64,000 nucleotides of DNA from Leucoraja ocellata (lineage: Eukaryota), in contig JAWMAR010000143.1 in the NCBI GenBank assembly GCA_036785375.1, positions 3,596,001 through 3,660,000 of the forward strand, given 5' to 3'. This document shows, piece by piece, positions 50,266-64,000 of this stretch. Every line of letters begins with the position of its first letter. Position 1 is the first letter of the stretch. A program made the position numbers and the translations under genes. The notes below the pieces were generated by a model. The model saw only the letters and a program-made list of their open reading frames with translations. It was not told the DNA's origin and did not search any database.

Positions 50266-50849
50266 ATATCCAAATCTGCATAGACCAGCACATTGTTTCC
50301 TCCTAAAATAAAAAAAATGCCTTTGTTTGAATCTTTTTTGTTTATTAGGGTTTATTGAAAACTGTACACATTTCCTGGCACCCATAAAATTGTAGAATAG
50401 GTAGAATCCACGTAGCTTTTTCAGAGGATTGCCTAAATTTAAGCTTACTATTGAAATTAAAGGCTTGCTCTAGTCCCTGTTAACCTTGCTCTCTAAGGAA
50501 AGGTGTCCATAGGAGTGATCCAGGGTTTCCTGTTGGTTTAATTTACTACACCATGTCCAATTTGACCTTTCTATTGGAAGCCTCCTGCACTGTAACAACA
50601 AGGCTCAACACTTTGTAAACAGCACCGTCTTTATGGCCAAGATAAGACTCTAACATTTTTAACAACTCTGAACTTGAAGGGTCCAACAGGCGCTGGAAAT
50701 GTGACAACTCTTGTGCATTGCTTCAATGCAATCTACAATTCTTACACTCTTAAGTCCACTGCAGAGCAAGATTTTTACTGAACTGCATACAAAAAAAGGA
50801 ATTTCACTGTGCCAGCATACACACGACAATAAAGCACCATTGAACATTA

Positions 50850-51275
50850 ATCTTCTGTCTCTACATATTGCAGCCTTCCAAACTTAATATTGAATTTCTA
50901 ACTTTAGGTTAGCATCCTTCCTTCTGCATTCAAACTGCTCATTTCTGCATGTCATAATTTTGGCTCAATTTTGATTTTTCCATTAGTATAGTCTGGCCTA
51001 CTGGCCACGTCCCACAACCTTGCACATGACACAGAAACAAGTGCTCCTAAATACTACTTTGACTGCCTTCCCCACTAATTGACTAGTTCTCACTCTATTC
51101 ACAGACAATTCCTTTTCAGATTCATGTTCATCCCCATACCTAATTTTCTATTCAAACTAACTTGGTTTTCTCGCTTTCCAGTTCTGATGAATCCTCCGAG
51201 AGGTGAAACATTAATTGTTTCCTGATCCCCAGTTGCTGCCCAACTTGCTGACTGTTTCCAACATTTATTACCTTT
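50850..51275 (+). mobile_element. Old Penelope-like 3' end with a degenerate hammerhead motif
   Basis: ttgcagccttccaaacttaatattgaattt (LQP..LNIEF, a PLE C-terminus), followed by cagttCTGATGAatcctccgagaggtGAAAcattaattg at 51179-51217. Confidence 0.6.
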
Positions 51276-51731
51276 TAAAGTGCTCCAGCTAAAGACTATA
51301 AAGATGTTGTTGATCACATTTGTCAGTATTTATTATCGTTAGCAAGCAAGCATAAATGTTTAAATTACCAAGGAGCTACTGTTTAGTTTAAATGTATTGA
51401 AAAAGTATTAAAACATTTAGATAATTAGGAAGACAGTGAAGATATTGTCTTTATTTTTAATTTCAGACTATTAAACAAGTAAATGGCTTGTTTATTTTTC
51501 CATAAATTATAACAAAATATCGATCATCAATATAAATGGTTACATTAGTTTTGCTGGACAAAATGTTTACGGGTTGGATTGAAAACTTTGATCTCGAGAC
51601 ATAAAATTGCAGAAAGAACTGACTTAAGGAAATGCTGATAATGAGAACAATGAATTGTGAGATAACACATTATAAACATTTTATGAATTCAAGTTAAAAA
51701 TAGCCAACTTTAAGAACATGTGTATTGGCAT

Positions 51732-52175
51732 GAGAATTGAGAACGTTTTATTGCCATATGTACCCAAACGGAGCAATTAAATGTTTGCAACCAAGGCAGT
51801 TCAGAGATTAGTTGGAGTTTGTAGTGTTCAATAGCCTGATGGTTGTTTGGAAGATGCTATTCTTGAACCTGGATGTTACAGTTTTCAGTATCCTATACCT
51901 TCTTCCTGATAGCAGGACAAAAATGAGAACATGGCCAGGGCGGTGTGGGTCCTTGGATGATGCTGGCTGTCTTTTTGAGACAGCGCCTCTGATAGATCCC
52001 TTCGATGATGGGGGATCAGTACCCATGATGGACCAGGCGGTTTTCACCACTTTTTGTAGTCCATGTTCCTGGGCGTTTGAGTTGCCGAACCAGACCATGA
52101 TGCAACCAGTCAATATGCTCTCTACCGCACACCTATAGATGTTTGAGAGAGTATTCTTCGACTTACTGAATCTCC
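51732..52175 (-). mobile_element. Rex/Babar-like LINE 3' fragment
   Basis: LSNIYRCAVESILTGCIMVWFGN...LQKVVKTA..I.G...DPHRPGH.....LLSGRRYR.LKT.TSRFKNS.F..TIRLLN is the typical Rex1/Babar ORF C-terminus. Confidence 0.9.
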
Positions 52176-52505
52176 TAAATAATGAATGAATCTGCATTTT
52201 GTTTGACAATGACCTGGTGGTCCCTCTTGCCGTATTAGTCTATTTCTTGCCATAGTAATCTACCTTCAGTCTTTGACATATACAGGTGAAGAATACTGTA
52301 GATTCCCAGTAACTTACGTGGCTTCTTTGTGCTTGCTTCAAATTGGCATTCCTGACTGAAATGTCAACACACTTCTAATGTTGTCAGGCTGCCCAAACAA
52401 TGAAGATTGGCCAGGTTAACCTCAATCCAACTTTTTCTGACAGTAATTCTTTTGGCAATTTTCTAAATCAACCATTATGGGAATGGAATTAATTTTAATG
52501 AAATA

Positions 52506-53227
52506 CTAGACCAAGTGTAGACCCGTGTGGTTGTGGGGGAGGGGGGACATGCGGCGTCACACACTCTAACTATTCCCCCTCAGAAACGCTAACTACCCCC
52601 CTTGATATTATATTAATATTATTAATTTGCTCCTTTTACCCCATAAGCACCCTATCCACTGATGCATAGCCCCCAACTCGCAGACGCGTCTAGGGAGAGG
52701 GGGGGGGGGAGGGGTAGAGTGTGAGGGCAGGGAGAGAATGGGGAGAGACTGAGAGAGAGGCAGAGACAGAAGGGCAGGAGACAGAGGGAGAGGGGGGTGG
52801 AGGGGAGGAGGAGAGGGAGGGGGGGTGTGGGGGGGGGGAGGAGGGGAGAGAGAGATGGGAGGAGGAGAAGAGAGAGAGGGGGGCTGAGATGGGGGGGGAA
52901 GGGGGTGAGAAGGGAGGGGGAGAGGTGGGGGAAGGGAAGTGGAGGTGGAGGGAAGGGGGTAGGAGAGGGGGTGGAGGGAAGGGGATAGGGGAGAGGGGGG
53001 AAGGGGGTTTAGGGGAGGGAGGGCTCGGGGTTGGGGGAGAGAGAGAGAGAGGGGGAGAGGGAGGGGAGGAAGAGAGGAGAGAGAGAGGGGGATGTGAGAG
53101 GGGGTAGGGAGAGAAAGGAGAGGTGGGAAGAGGGGGAGGGAGAGAGAGAGGGAGAGAGAGAGAAAGAGAGAGAGGGGGGCGGGGTGGCAGCCCGAGCACG
53201 ATTAAAAGAAATGTGAAAAAATATAGA
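52506..53227 (-). mobile_element. Non-autonomous Helitron-like element, mostly low-complexity
   Basis: Minus strand reads A|TCTATATT (53227) ... gagttgggggctatgc (shared with the other copies) ... cgggtctacacttggtCTAG|T (52506); 3' hairpin partly decayed. Confidence 0.6.
52692..53185. repeat. G/A-rich low-complexity tract
   Basis: Nearly pure G/A on the + strand. Confidence 0.95.
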
Positions 53228-54309
53228 TTAGGAATTAGTCTCCGCATTGGAATTGCAGTCTAAGAAACATGGGAACTAGGCACCATTGCAAAAGGAACGG
53301 ATAATTGAGGAGATCAGAAGGAGTGCTTTGGTATTTTAGACGTGTATCTGTGGGCTCTGCACGAAAATGGGATATTTTTTTATCAATTAAACTGTAGCCT
53401 TGTAATCTTCATCAATCCTTTCAAAGGTCACTAAATTAGACCTTTCCTTAATGCAAATTGGAAGAGATGAATTTTGTAACAAAGATGGTGAATAACCTTT
53501 GATTGACATCATTTATTTCTGGAGAAAGAGGGAGCTGCTAGGTCTGCAGATGGACAAAAGGGTTATGGTAAAGGGAAATTTAACTAATTAAGAAGAAAGG
53601 GTAAGGTGGCAATTAAGGTGGCAAATGAGTAATGCTGGAGTCTATGTGGAAGGGATAAAAACAGAAAAATATGTCTATATCTCCAATTAGAATCAGGGGA
53701 GGGAAAATTGATAAATAGACAAAATAAACAACTGAATGTATGTATACAGTATTCACAATAAGATAGATTAATTAATCTCTAATTAATGGAATAGGATAAA
53801 AACGTGAAGAGAGTACAATCTAATCTGGTTCAACTATGCAAACTGCCATGAGGTTGTAGATAAGCATAAAGCACAGCCATCTCAGGAAGAACGTTAGATA
53901 CACCCAGTGGTGGGCATGTGGAGCAATGCGGAGATACGGAGTTTGACTAAGGTAAAAATGTACTTATCAAGAAGAAGGTTGGATGAATATCTTACTGTTT
54001 TTTCTTCGACAATAAAGAAACTATTAATCAAGAGACTGTTATGAAGATTTATCTTTCGAGAGTCTAGTGGTGAGCTCCCATGTGTAAAACGGCACACTCT
54101 CCTCACCCTATGTTTTCTCCTGGTGGCTAGAGGGAGCAATTCCTTGAACAATATATTAATCTGCCACTATATCGAGTCATATTCTTAACTGGAAAGAATG
54201 CATATGACCTAATAGCTACTAAAGAGATATGTTTGTAAAATGACTAAGGTTGGAAATAAAATCTTCCGGAATATTTAGCATTTATTAAAGAATCAGAAGG
54301 ATATTGTGA

Positions 54310-54820
54310 TAGGCAAGGACTGATTAGGGATCGTTAATGTGGTTTTCTGCATGGAAAATCGTGTCATATGAATTTGATTGATTTTTGAAGGCGTATTGAA
54401 AGAGAATGATGAGGGGACACTGGCAAACGTACTTTAGCAACGCCTTTGACAGGATCCTGCGTGGAAGGCTGGGCACATGGGATCTAGGATGCAGTAGCCA
54501 AATGGATTCAATATTGGCTTGGTGTAGGACTCCAATGGAGTGTGGCAGTGGAGGGTTCTTTTTCAGATTGAAGGATTGTGAACAGCAGTGTGCTGCAGGG
54601 ATCAGTGCAGAGTCCATTGTTATTCCTTATTGTTATTAATGATTTGGATGATAATCTTGTTCATAAGTTTGCAGACGACACCAAAGTGGGTAGTAAAATG
54701 GACTGTGAAAAAGGTTATCTATGAATTCAAACGGATCCAGATCAACAGGAAAGTGGGCCAAGTATTGGCAGGTGGAATTTACAATGAACAAGTATGAGGT
54801 GTTGCATTATATTGGCGGGA
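54310..54820 (+). mobile_element. Old CR1 reverse-transcriptase fragment
   Basis: Remnants LIRD...GF.HGKSC.MNLI, FSNAFDRILRGRL, QGSV, INDLD and KFADDTKVG across frames. Confidence 0.85.
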
Positions 54821-57280
54821 GAGCAACAAAAGATGTAAAGCCGATGCTGAACAACATAAAGAGAATTCACGTGGCGTTGTGTTGATTGCAAAGAATCCAG
54901 TGGCCAGTTCTTAAAAGATAATGAGCAAAATTCTAAACAATTGTTAATAGTTTCAGTAAATAGGTGCACAAATTAAGTAAGAAAATGTTCTATGAGAATA
55001 GTTGAATAGTTTTCTAAGTTGGTTGGATAATATTGTCCACAGAATTCCCTGATTCATGTTGCATTGTCACTTACATCTGACAATAAAATGAAATAATATC
55101 TGACGAACATTTTTTTTAAATCTGCAGTTTAGGAAATTATGCAAATTAGTGAAAAATCAATTATCTTTAAAATAAAATTGGGGAAACTTCTACATGGTAT
55201 AATGTTAGAAGCTAAACATGTTCCATCAGTATTCGTATGGGTCAATTAAAAAAAAGTTTGACATGATTCATAGCAAGAAGATCAGAATCATCGTTGCAAA
55301 CAAAAGAGTAAACTGTGGATATTGGAGCCCATTTAATCTATCAAGATGACCCCGCTAGGTTACAGAATGCACTTTCATGTTGTGAGGTCGAGGAATCAGC
55401 AAAGAACATGAAAATTACGCCTTTAATTCAAAAACGCTGCCAAAGAATATCTTGAACAAATTATTTGCACAGATTAGTTAAGTGGGAGGAATGGCAACCA
55501 AACCACCAAAAATAAGCTTCAGATAAAAGAGCAAAACCAGAATTTATGTTTTTATTACCCAAAGTTGGACTGTTTCCTAGTGCAGCCAATGTATGAATGG
55601 TTGACTCTGTGGTTGTGGTTTCCTGCAGATTTATAGGATGATTCCTGTCCAATTATATAAATAATACATATCTATGCTGACCATAGTTTCATGTCTTTAA
55701 TGGCAGCAAACGCTATAAGAAGTTACACAATAAACTACGAGTGAATTGGAAGTGTATTCTACATACAAATATTTTAAAGTTGTTTAATAAGCTAATGTTA
55801 TGCTGGGGAAAGGTTAGTAAAAAGCTGAGCCTGAATCAGCAGAATGATGGTCAGCTTGCCTTTAAAAATAATAATTCCCCAAACTTATTCACTTGTTGGT
55901 TGATCTCTATTAGTTACTGCTTTCCGTGGACCAATGCTCCACAGTTCTAAGAACGTAAGGACATTTCTCTGATTTGTACATCTTAGATTGGCATAATTTA
56001 ACTGATGAGCTCTTTACGCACTCCATTTCACGTATTCAATATACTTATTAGACATTGTTTATATTCTGACTCTGGATGGCAACAGTGGTGTTTTAATTGA
56101 GATTATGCAACTCACTGCCGTATTGGTGTCAGTTGAGTGCAACTTTTATAAGGCAGGACAACCTATAACATATGCGAAGGTTTTAAAAACCATTCTCAAT
56201 GCATGTCAAGCTTAATCAGTATATGATAGGCAGACTTCTGCCCCCCCACAGTTATTTTCAAATCTATCCCTCAATATGGAGCTCAAACCAGTTTCCTGGT
56301 AAGTTGATTCGTCCAAGATGACTGTTCCCATTGGAGGCTCTTGGTTGGCTAGGGTTCAAAAGTTGTAATATGTACAGAAATATTTTGGACAAACAATTTA
56401 AAAAAAAGTAGGATGGTATATATTTTGATGGCTTGAGTGCAGAAGGCCTGGACAGAACTTGGAAAGCTGCTTTTTGGATTACTTGAGAAACTGTAAAATA
56501 TTATCCAACAGTGGAAGCAAATTCAAATATCAATAAGGAAGCAATTGCCAGCCACATTGAATTGTAAGTGTCTGTTAGTTTAAGTAAATTGAGCAAGGTT
56601 TTTCCATGCTTTGGTTGTGCATGAACGTCAGCTATCGCTCCTGTTGTAGATGAAGAACTGAACTAAAGTTAACAAAATACCACTTAGTTTCTTTACAAGA
56701 GCACATTTGGCCTTAAAAATCAAGTCTCCGGGATAATAAGGCCTAAATAATACATAATGGAATAATCTTTGTGGAATCTAAATTGAGAACTTCAAAAGCA
56801 CATAAATGCTTTTAATTATTGACATTGCGTATTTTTTATGCTGAATCCGTTAACAAGACTGAAGTACGTACTTTTATAAATAATTACAAATAAGTTAAAC
56901 AGAGTGGCGCTTATGATGCTGCCTTTCCCATTCAAATTACATACTCAACGATATCTTATTGAAATAGATATTTCAATAGATGCTTGCTCATCCTCCCATC
57001 AGGTTGTGCAATTTCAAGTCTATCCACTGATGCTTATTAAATGAATATTATTACAATATTGTAATCACCCCCACAAGATGAGACTTGAAGCACCTTTACA
57101 TTTCAACAAAAATGTTTTTAAGATGGCACAATATTATTTCCTTTCTCAGCTGAGTAAATAATAGCATTTCCATGTCTTTAAGCGCCCAGTATAGTCTTGT
57201 CTATTGGTACTCACTGTCCATTATAGCAGAGATACTTCTATTTCCAAATGATGGTCCTAAAAACAATACCAGGAGAAGCA

Positions 57281-57405
57281 ATGTGTGGGAAGGAACTGCA
57301 GATGCTGGTTTAAACTGAATATAGACACAAAAAGCTGGAGCAACAGGCAGCATTTCTGGAGAGAAGGAATGGGTAATGTTTTGGGTCGAGAACCTTCTTC
57401 AGACT
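57281..57405 (-). mobile_element. Penelope-tail short element (single arm)
   Basis: tgtgggaaggaactgcagatgctggtttaaac...gggtcgagaaccttcttcagact. Confidence 0.85.
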
Positions 57406-58216
57406 AGGAAAGGCATACAAGTGCTTGACATGGAAGATTTCCGAAGGTTCTAAATCGCCGTAGGTGCCTCCTGGTTAATATTCTCCATGTCTAGAGCGCT
57501 CTCAAATGTCCCTCTTCATTTTAAGTCGATATAAGGAGACTGACTTTTTGCATTTGCAGAAATCTTGGATGATGGTTTCCATAAACCATGTGCGTATATG
57601 TACAATACACACATGTATGCACATTGATTGCAGTTGTTAACTAACGTCTAATTCAACATAGACTGAAATTTGAGCCTTTTAACTTCTGCCCCCCTGAGTA
57701 TGGTACCAGTGCTGTATTTGCTCATTGGACAAGCTGTCAAAAATTCTTCAGTGTAGAATCTACCTAAATAGCTGGCAAATTTCCATGATGTTATTAAAAC
57801 ATCGTACTCCCGCACAATTCTTTTTGAAAGTTTTGATCAAATTTATGTACAGTTTTATAATTTCCAGTAATCACTATTATAATGGAAAATGGCCAAGTAA
57901 ATGTTTGCTGCCTTTTCAATCTTCTACTTTAATTCAAGGACTAGCTCTAGGACGTCTCTTTGATATTTCCCAAATTATTTTTGCTCTGTCCCCACTAATT
58001 TGAAATGTTTAATAATTTGTCTATATAACTACACCTTGGTTCTAATCTTACGATATTCCCAAAGGTGGAATGGGTGAGGGGGGTGGGGGGGGGGGGGGGG
58101 GGGGAGGGTGGTAAGTTGGTCTAGTGTGGGGGGGGGGGGGGTACCTTTCCTCAAATTTGTAAACAAAACTTTTAACTCTGCTGTTGGTACTGCAGAATAT
58201 TCCATATAGTTGAATT

Positions 58217-58295
58217 ATAGGCAGTCCCTGGGTTACATAAGATTTCCATTCCTGAGAACTGTCTGTAAACTGTTTTCTCTTTAAGTCAGAAACAT
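58217..58295. mobile_element. Possible Tigger/pogo-like terminal remnant
   Basis: TA followed by taggcagtccctgggttac...ttccattcctgag resembles Tigger-type TIR starts; partner end not found. Confidence 0.3.
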
Positions 58296-61200
58296 CTGTT
58301 TATCATATCATTCTACATATATTTGCTGGATAGAATATATACTGTATCCAGTCTTTGTTGGATACGACAAAATAGTTTTTTGAAATTCTTATTGCTTGCA
58401 GGAAAATTGCTTTAAAAATGTATGGGAGAATTTGTGTGTCAGATCATCAGAGCCCCTTTAATTAAATCAGATTGCTTCTAAAATTATATTAATCTTTGTT
58501 ATTTAACTACTAACACAATTAATTCAGATGGGTATTAAAATTAGAACAGCTTGTATGATTTTAAACTTTAGACTGAATGATGTGTTTTCCTGATTCATTA
58601 TCCCCCTGTTTCTCGGTCACCTTTGTCATTTGGTCTGGAATTCGACTGAATCATCACTTTCACATATTTAAGGTCTCAATCTCTGCCCATACTTTTACAC
58701 TCTGAGTTAGACCATTCACAGTTACCAAGTACACTTACTGCCGTTTGACGTTCTGGGGTGTCACAACTGGTAGTTTCACAGTAATGAATTAACACAGGCG
58801 GTATGTGTTAGGCAATATTCTATCTATGATTGGATTTGGGATTCACCCAAATTAATTGGTCCTTGTGCATGGGTCAGTAGAATGCCCATCACAAAAAATG
58901 ACAGGACCTTTTAAGAACTTAAGGGCAGATCCTTTAAAATTATAAATATTAAAAAAACATTTTTTTTTCATTGTGTTTCTTTTAATGCCTTAACTATATG
59001 TATGTGTTCTGATCATTATGTAAAACTCTGCATACATTTCAAAGATATTTACAACTTTGTTTCTTCATGGTATGCTAGCTCTGAGAATTCAGAGAAGATT
59101 CACTGCTTGATGACGTCAGACTTGCTGATCACCACAAATCCTTTTGAACTGATGCCAGGCAGCAGCAAGCATCATTTGCTGAGAAGTTGTCACCAAGGAA
59201 ATTGCTGGATCTTTGTGGGGAGCTTTTTCCACGATCAGTTGCGAGCACAGTTTCTTTGTCAGTGGTAGTCGGGTCAACCAAAGTCGAGTGTTTCAATTGC
59301 AGAAGATAAGGCACCAAGTCGTGCAAATGCAACTTTGTTTTCCTTCATACCTTATTGTTTCAAAACACTGAGAAAGTAAGAGAAAGTGTTGTTCCAACCA
59401 AACTGGGTGGGTTGGAGGTGGGGAAATTGGGTGGGTGTGGGTGGTCTGCTACTTGAAGCAATTTGTATTAATCATTGATGCAGAGTCCCAGTTTGAACTA
59501 GCATGTTTATACAACACAAAACTACTGAAGAGTAAATGAGACCCACCTGGGAGTGGAGCTGATTCCCACGTGTACCGGTATCTGTTGAAGCTTTGGGAGT
59601 CATTACACAAAAGGAGCTGTGATATAATCCTCCTCTTGAAACAAGGTACCTATACTTAAACAGAAGTCTCTGTCAACCAGTGAAAGCAGTCAGAAACTGG
59701 AACAAGCAACAACTGAAAGCAGCCAACTATCCCCAGCAGTGTCTATTTTTTTCAGGTTTCCAATATCAGCAGGATTTTATTTTGCTTTTCAAAAAGCAGT
59801 AGGTTGCCTAAATGACCAACAACATTTATTGCTTACGTTAAGAGGGATTCTTTGGAATTACGGTATAGATCACAACAATTTTCTTTGGTGAATCAGGAGC
59901 TTCCTTCCTTTATGAATTGCAGATTGCAACTGGTTATAAAAATCATAAACATTTAAAAAGTCGTTAGTTGGATTACAAATTGACACGTATCTAGGTTAAT
60001 GAAGCTTAATATTGAAACAAACCTCATAAAGATTGCTGCATTTCTTGGACAGTTAATTTTTTTTAACATAATAAGTTAATAAATCATTTGAATGACTCGA
60101 AATTTGTACATGTGGAGGGAGGATAAGGAAAATTGATCAGAAACGTAATCCCCACCGAACATAGTGGTAGAGCAGGTAGGAAACTGATGTTGGTATCAAA
60201 GTAATTGGAGACAATTCTTTTCCATTCTGAAATATCGTAGCATGATTTTGTAGCTTCTTATTGCAAAGCCTTGTGAAGATTGAAGGATAGTTGAATTATT
60301 GCAGAACTCGTACTCATTTGAAGGCTGATTCCAGATGCTCAGCATGACATGGAGTTTTGCTTTATTACCCTTTACACAGTCATAGTTCCAGACATCAGCT
60401 CAAAGTGCAACAATTATTTTATTCATTTCTTTAATAGCTCAAGAAAGGCTTCCTACGGAATGAAGACTCAACGATAATTTATTTCCTCTAATGAATGATC
60501 AGATCATTGAGACAAATGATAAATTATTCATGCAGATGGCTACTTGCTTGTGAGGGAAACACTGAAAGTTTTTTTCTAAGTGCATTTATATTCCGAACTA
60601 GTGATTAAATAATAAACCAGCAGTGGATAAAACCAGCAGTGCAAAAGACGAGCAGTGGAACTCTTCTTTTCCATAGATTTTGTTTTATATTTTAGGTGTG
60701 AGTGATAACTTCCCAATCGATCTCTAACTATTTTTTCAGCGAAAAAATATCCACACAAGGAAAGCAGTCTTTTTATTTCCTTTCATTGTGAAATTACTGT
60801 TCAAAATTGCCGTATAATGCAGCTTTCAACAGTACAAACCTGGCTTTGGAGTTTCATTTTCCTGAAAGAAAGTAATCTTGGTGAATTTGAGGAACTATAA
60901 AACATTTAATCTTTAATCCTAACTTGGTCAACTAGAATCGGTAGTTGATGGCAAATGATGCCGACTATATTTTAACAGTTATTACTGAGTTGAAATGATG
61001 AAAATATCCTATGCATGATGTCAAAATATGTTTCATTTACATAGTTTACAGTCAATGACACATTCTGTGAGATAGAAATTCTTTAAATCACTTGCATTGA
61101 CGAAAGTGCATGAGTAAAGGTGATGTAATTATTAATTTTGTGAGAAACAGCAATAAATGTCTACCTGCATATTTATGTCCACCCTCTACATATGCTACTT

Positions 61201-63199
61201 TTGCATTGCTGTAGAATTTAACAGGCTATAAATTATGATCTAAATTTAGGGAGCTAATTGCAATTTACTTGATTCCATTAAAGTTATAATTCATGAAATG
61301 TTTTAATGTTTCTCTAAAACAATGAGTCATAGGTGAAAAGGCAAATTGGTTAACTTGAATGGCTCTATAGTTCTTCAAGTATGGCAGTGGAAAGTACCAG
61401 AATACTTCATATTTTGTTCTGAGGGATAAAGAAAAGTTATGACTGCAGTCTTCAACTAGTTTAAATGTGTGGATGGAAACAAAAAACAGCTCATTATGTG
61501 TCATGTGTCCCAGTGTTCTTCCCTTTTAATTAAATATGCAAAGGGACTGTTTCTTCAGGTAAAGTGGACAATAGTCAGGAAAGATTCACAAGTCAAGCAG
61601 CTGGTTTATCCGCCACCCCTATCCCCCTTCATGCATCGACAATACTATAACTATCAATTGAACCAAATGTGCAAAGATAAACATTGTCGATAGCTTATAC
61701 TTAAGCATTTATTGCTAGCAACCAAAGGCTCATTTCTCTTCACAATTTCTTTGTATAGGCTACTTTTGAAGTCATTAGCCCTCTCTCATTCTAGTAAAAG
61801 CCTGAATATTTTTCAGAAGCTAAATTATTGTCTTGTAAACTTCTCTCACTTTCTGAGTTCTTTATTAGGTCCCTACATTTTTGTATTGGTATATTATGTT
61901 GGTATCAGTTTTGCTGAGTTTTTGGATGTAAACATATGGTTTAACAGAGAGCGATTTTGACCAAAGGAAACTTAGTCCTATAATATAATCTATGCTCCCT
62001 GAGGTACATAATACATATGGTAATCCAATTTTCAATATCTTCCCTATTTTAGGTTAATATAATGAAAATTCATCAGTTTTAGAGTGAAAAGAAAGGACAA
62101 TAAACACAATTTTAGTTCATTTGAATAGCCATTCATCAATTTACACAAAGAGTGCAGCTCTAAACGATAGTTTGTAAATCAAAAAAGATTGGATGAAATG
62201 CAATGCTGTAGTGTATTCCCATGCATGGAGAGTGGTATGCTATTTATTATAGAAAAAAAAACAGCCTCGTAAATGGAAGAAGCATCCCAGCGAATCAATA
62301 GCACTATTGCAAAAATTCATAAATTGAACATACGTAAATCAAGGATTTACGTTGTTACCATTAACTCTCAAAATGTTAACACGAAAAGTTATTCTCTGTT
62401 ATATGTTTGCACATGGTTGTCTTGTTTGGAGACTGCCTGCCCCACAAAACTTTCTGAAAATTTTCCATTATATGACAGTAGTCATTGGCCACGAGAATAT
62501 TATGCCATTCCACCCCATTTTTAAAAAAGTATTGCGCCCTTGATTGAAACACTTGCTGTCATTCATACAGGTTAAGTGGTTTATTAGCTGTTGGGAAAGT
62601 GTTCATTCATTCAAGGACATCATTACTGATTTTTTTGTTTTGGCATCAATTTTGCTCAGAATGATCTTGTTTAAAATTTTCACACACTATTTTATTTTGC
62701 GATTTGAACATTAAAACATTTTAAATGTGGAGCATTAACCATTTTAATACCAAGAACCAGATAAAAATTTACACTTTGAATTGATCATTTTCAGTTGATT
62801 TTGGATTTAATGAAGGACTTGTGTTGGTATTTTACATCTGAGGTCATTTAATAGCATAGAGTACGTTAGCAAGTTAACTGTTACACGGATACAAATGAAC
62901 AATGTAAGCATATTTGTATAAATTAATATAAGATCAACAATTGCACAATAAGATTGAAGTAATCAGTTGGTGATCTCTGGCACAAAGATGCTTCCAATGA
63001 TTTTAGTATTTTGCATTTTCAGAGTAATTCTGCAAAAAGGAACTCGATAACATTCCCCTTTCATCTTGTATTGAAGATCAGCTGGGAGTCGGTGCTGTAA
63101 CAATGAAAACTATTTTTTTCCTTTGAATAATGGTCCCTTCAGTGGCAGGTTATTTGAAGCCAAAATGAGGGCTTGCCAAGGTCAATATAGTTGTAAAGA

Positions 63200-63915
63200 T
63201 GATACTGGATGTACTGAAATAGCAAGAACAGAAAGCATTAGAAATACTCAACAGGTCAAGCTGCATCTTTAGAGAGATTAACTGAGTTAATATTAAAGGT
63301 CAATGACTTTTCACCAGAACAGGGATAAGAGCAAAAAACACATTTTTGGGAAGGGGTAAAGAGAATAAAGGGATTGTTATTGATAGACTAGAGTCCATCA
63401 ACAAGGTACTTTACCTTGCCCTTTTACCTCTTTCCTTCCCACCATCTGGGGACCCAAACATTTCTTCCATATGAACTCGATATTCATTTTTAATTCTTCC
63501 AATTTAATGCTCATGATGTGGTCTCTTCCATGTTGGATGAACTAAACACCAATTGGGTGAGCGCTTGGCAGAATGGCTTTGTTCAGTTGGTAAGGTAACT
63601 GAGTTTCATTTCTTCATCCCACTTGCACTTTGAACTCTGGGTCTTAGGCTTCCCACACAGTTCCAACAACGCCCAACAGAAATTCAAGGAATGTTGTCTC
63701 ATCTTCCTTCTAGACATCCTACAGTTCTCAGGACTCAAAATTGACTCCAATGATTTTAGATAACCAATCTTTACAGTTTGTATCAGAACTAGCCAGTTTT
63801 GATGTTAATCATCAAACTGTAACATTACTTCAGTTTTTCTCTCACAATAGAGGTAACCTGGCATGCCGAGTTCTTAAGCATTCCATTTTGTTTCAGATAT
63901 CTCGCATAGGCTGTT
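63200..63915 (+). mobile_element. Old Penelope-like element with an inverted 5' tail
   Basis: Degraded GIY-YIG region (ggggacccaaac...tcttccaatttaat...gttggatgaactaaac...ttgggtgagcgcttggcagaa...ggactcaaaattgactccaatgattttag), flanked by an inverted tail (63200-63325) and a direct tail (63840-63915). Confidence 0.7.
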
Positions 63916-64000
63916 TTATGCATCTAACCGATCCAACATTTGTTTTACTCCATCTGTCATTTTTGTCCCTATATTTATACATCTCCCAGATTGATCAACC

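Noticed and set aside
56000-56035. CTGATGAGCTC, resembling the start of conserved amniote intronic hammerheads
   Set aside because: No closing stem II strand and no GAAA box downstream.
1-64000. CRISPR arrays, operons, prophage or other prokaryotic systems
   Set aside because: No regularly spaced repeats or dense ORF organisation; the window is vertebrate-type non-coding DNA.

Overview
Eukaryotic, AT-rich, non-coding (intronic or intergenic) DNA with two assembly gaps (176-317 and 38125-38309). The repeat content suggests a cartilaginous fish, probably a skate or ray; this is inferred from recalled repeat families, not from a search. I could not support any intact host protein-coding gene: every ORF with recognisable homology derives from a transposon. 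Transposons seen are CR1 LINE fragments, Rex/Babar-like LINE 3' ends, tRNA-derived SINEs (V-SINE-like and Deu-domain), a full-length but inactivated IR/DR Tc1 element (28704-30358), a hAT MITE, two TTAA/Kolobok-like MITEs, three copies of a non-autonomous Helitron-like family, and Penelope-like (GIY-YIG) remnants. The most interesting signal is a family of short Penelope-tail-derived insertions, often fold-back (palindromic) and flanked by 12-14 bp target-site duplications, that carry a minimal hammerhead-ribozyme motif. One copy (11475-11510) has an intact catalytic core. A stretch of about 11 kb (13.0-24.3 kb) has no transposon I could recognise and contains motif-dense blocks that resemble conserved non-coding enhancers. 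Boundaries of degraded repeats are approximate.
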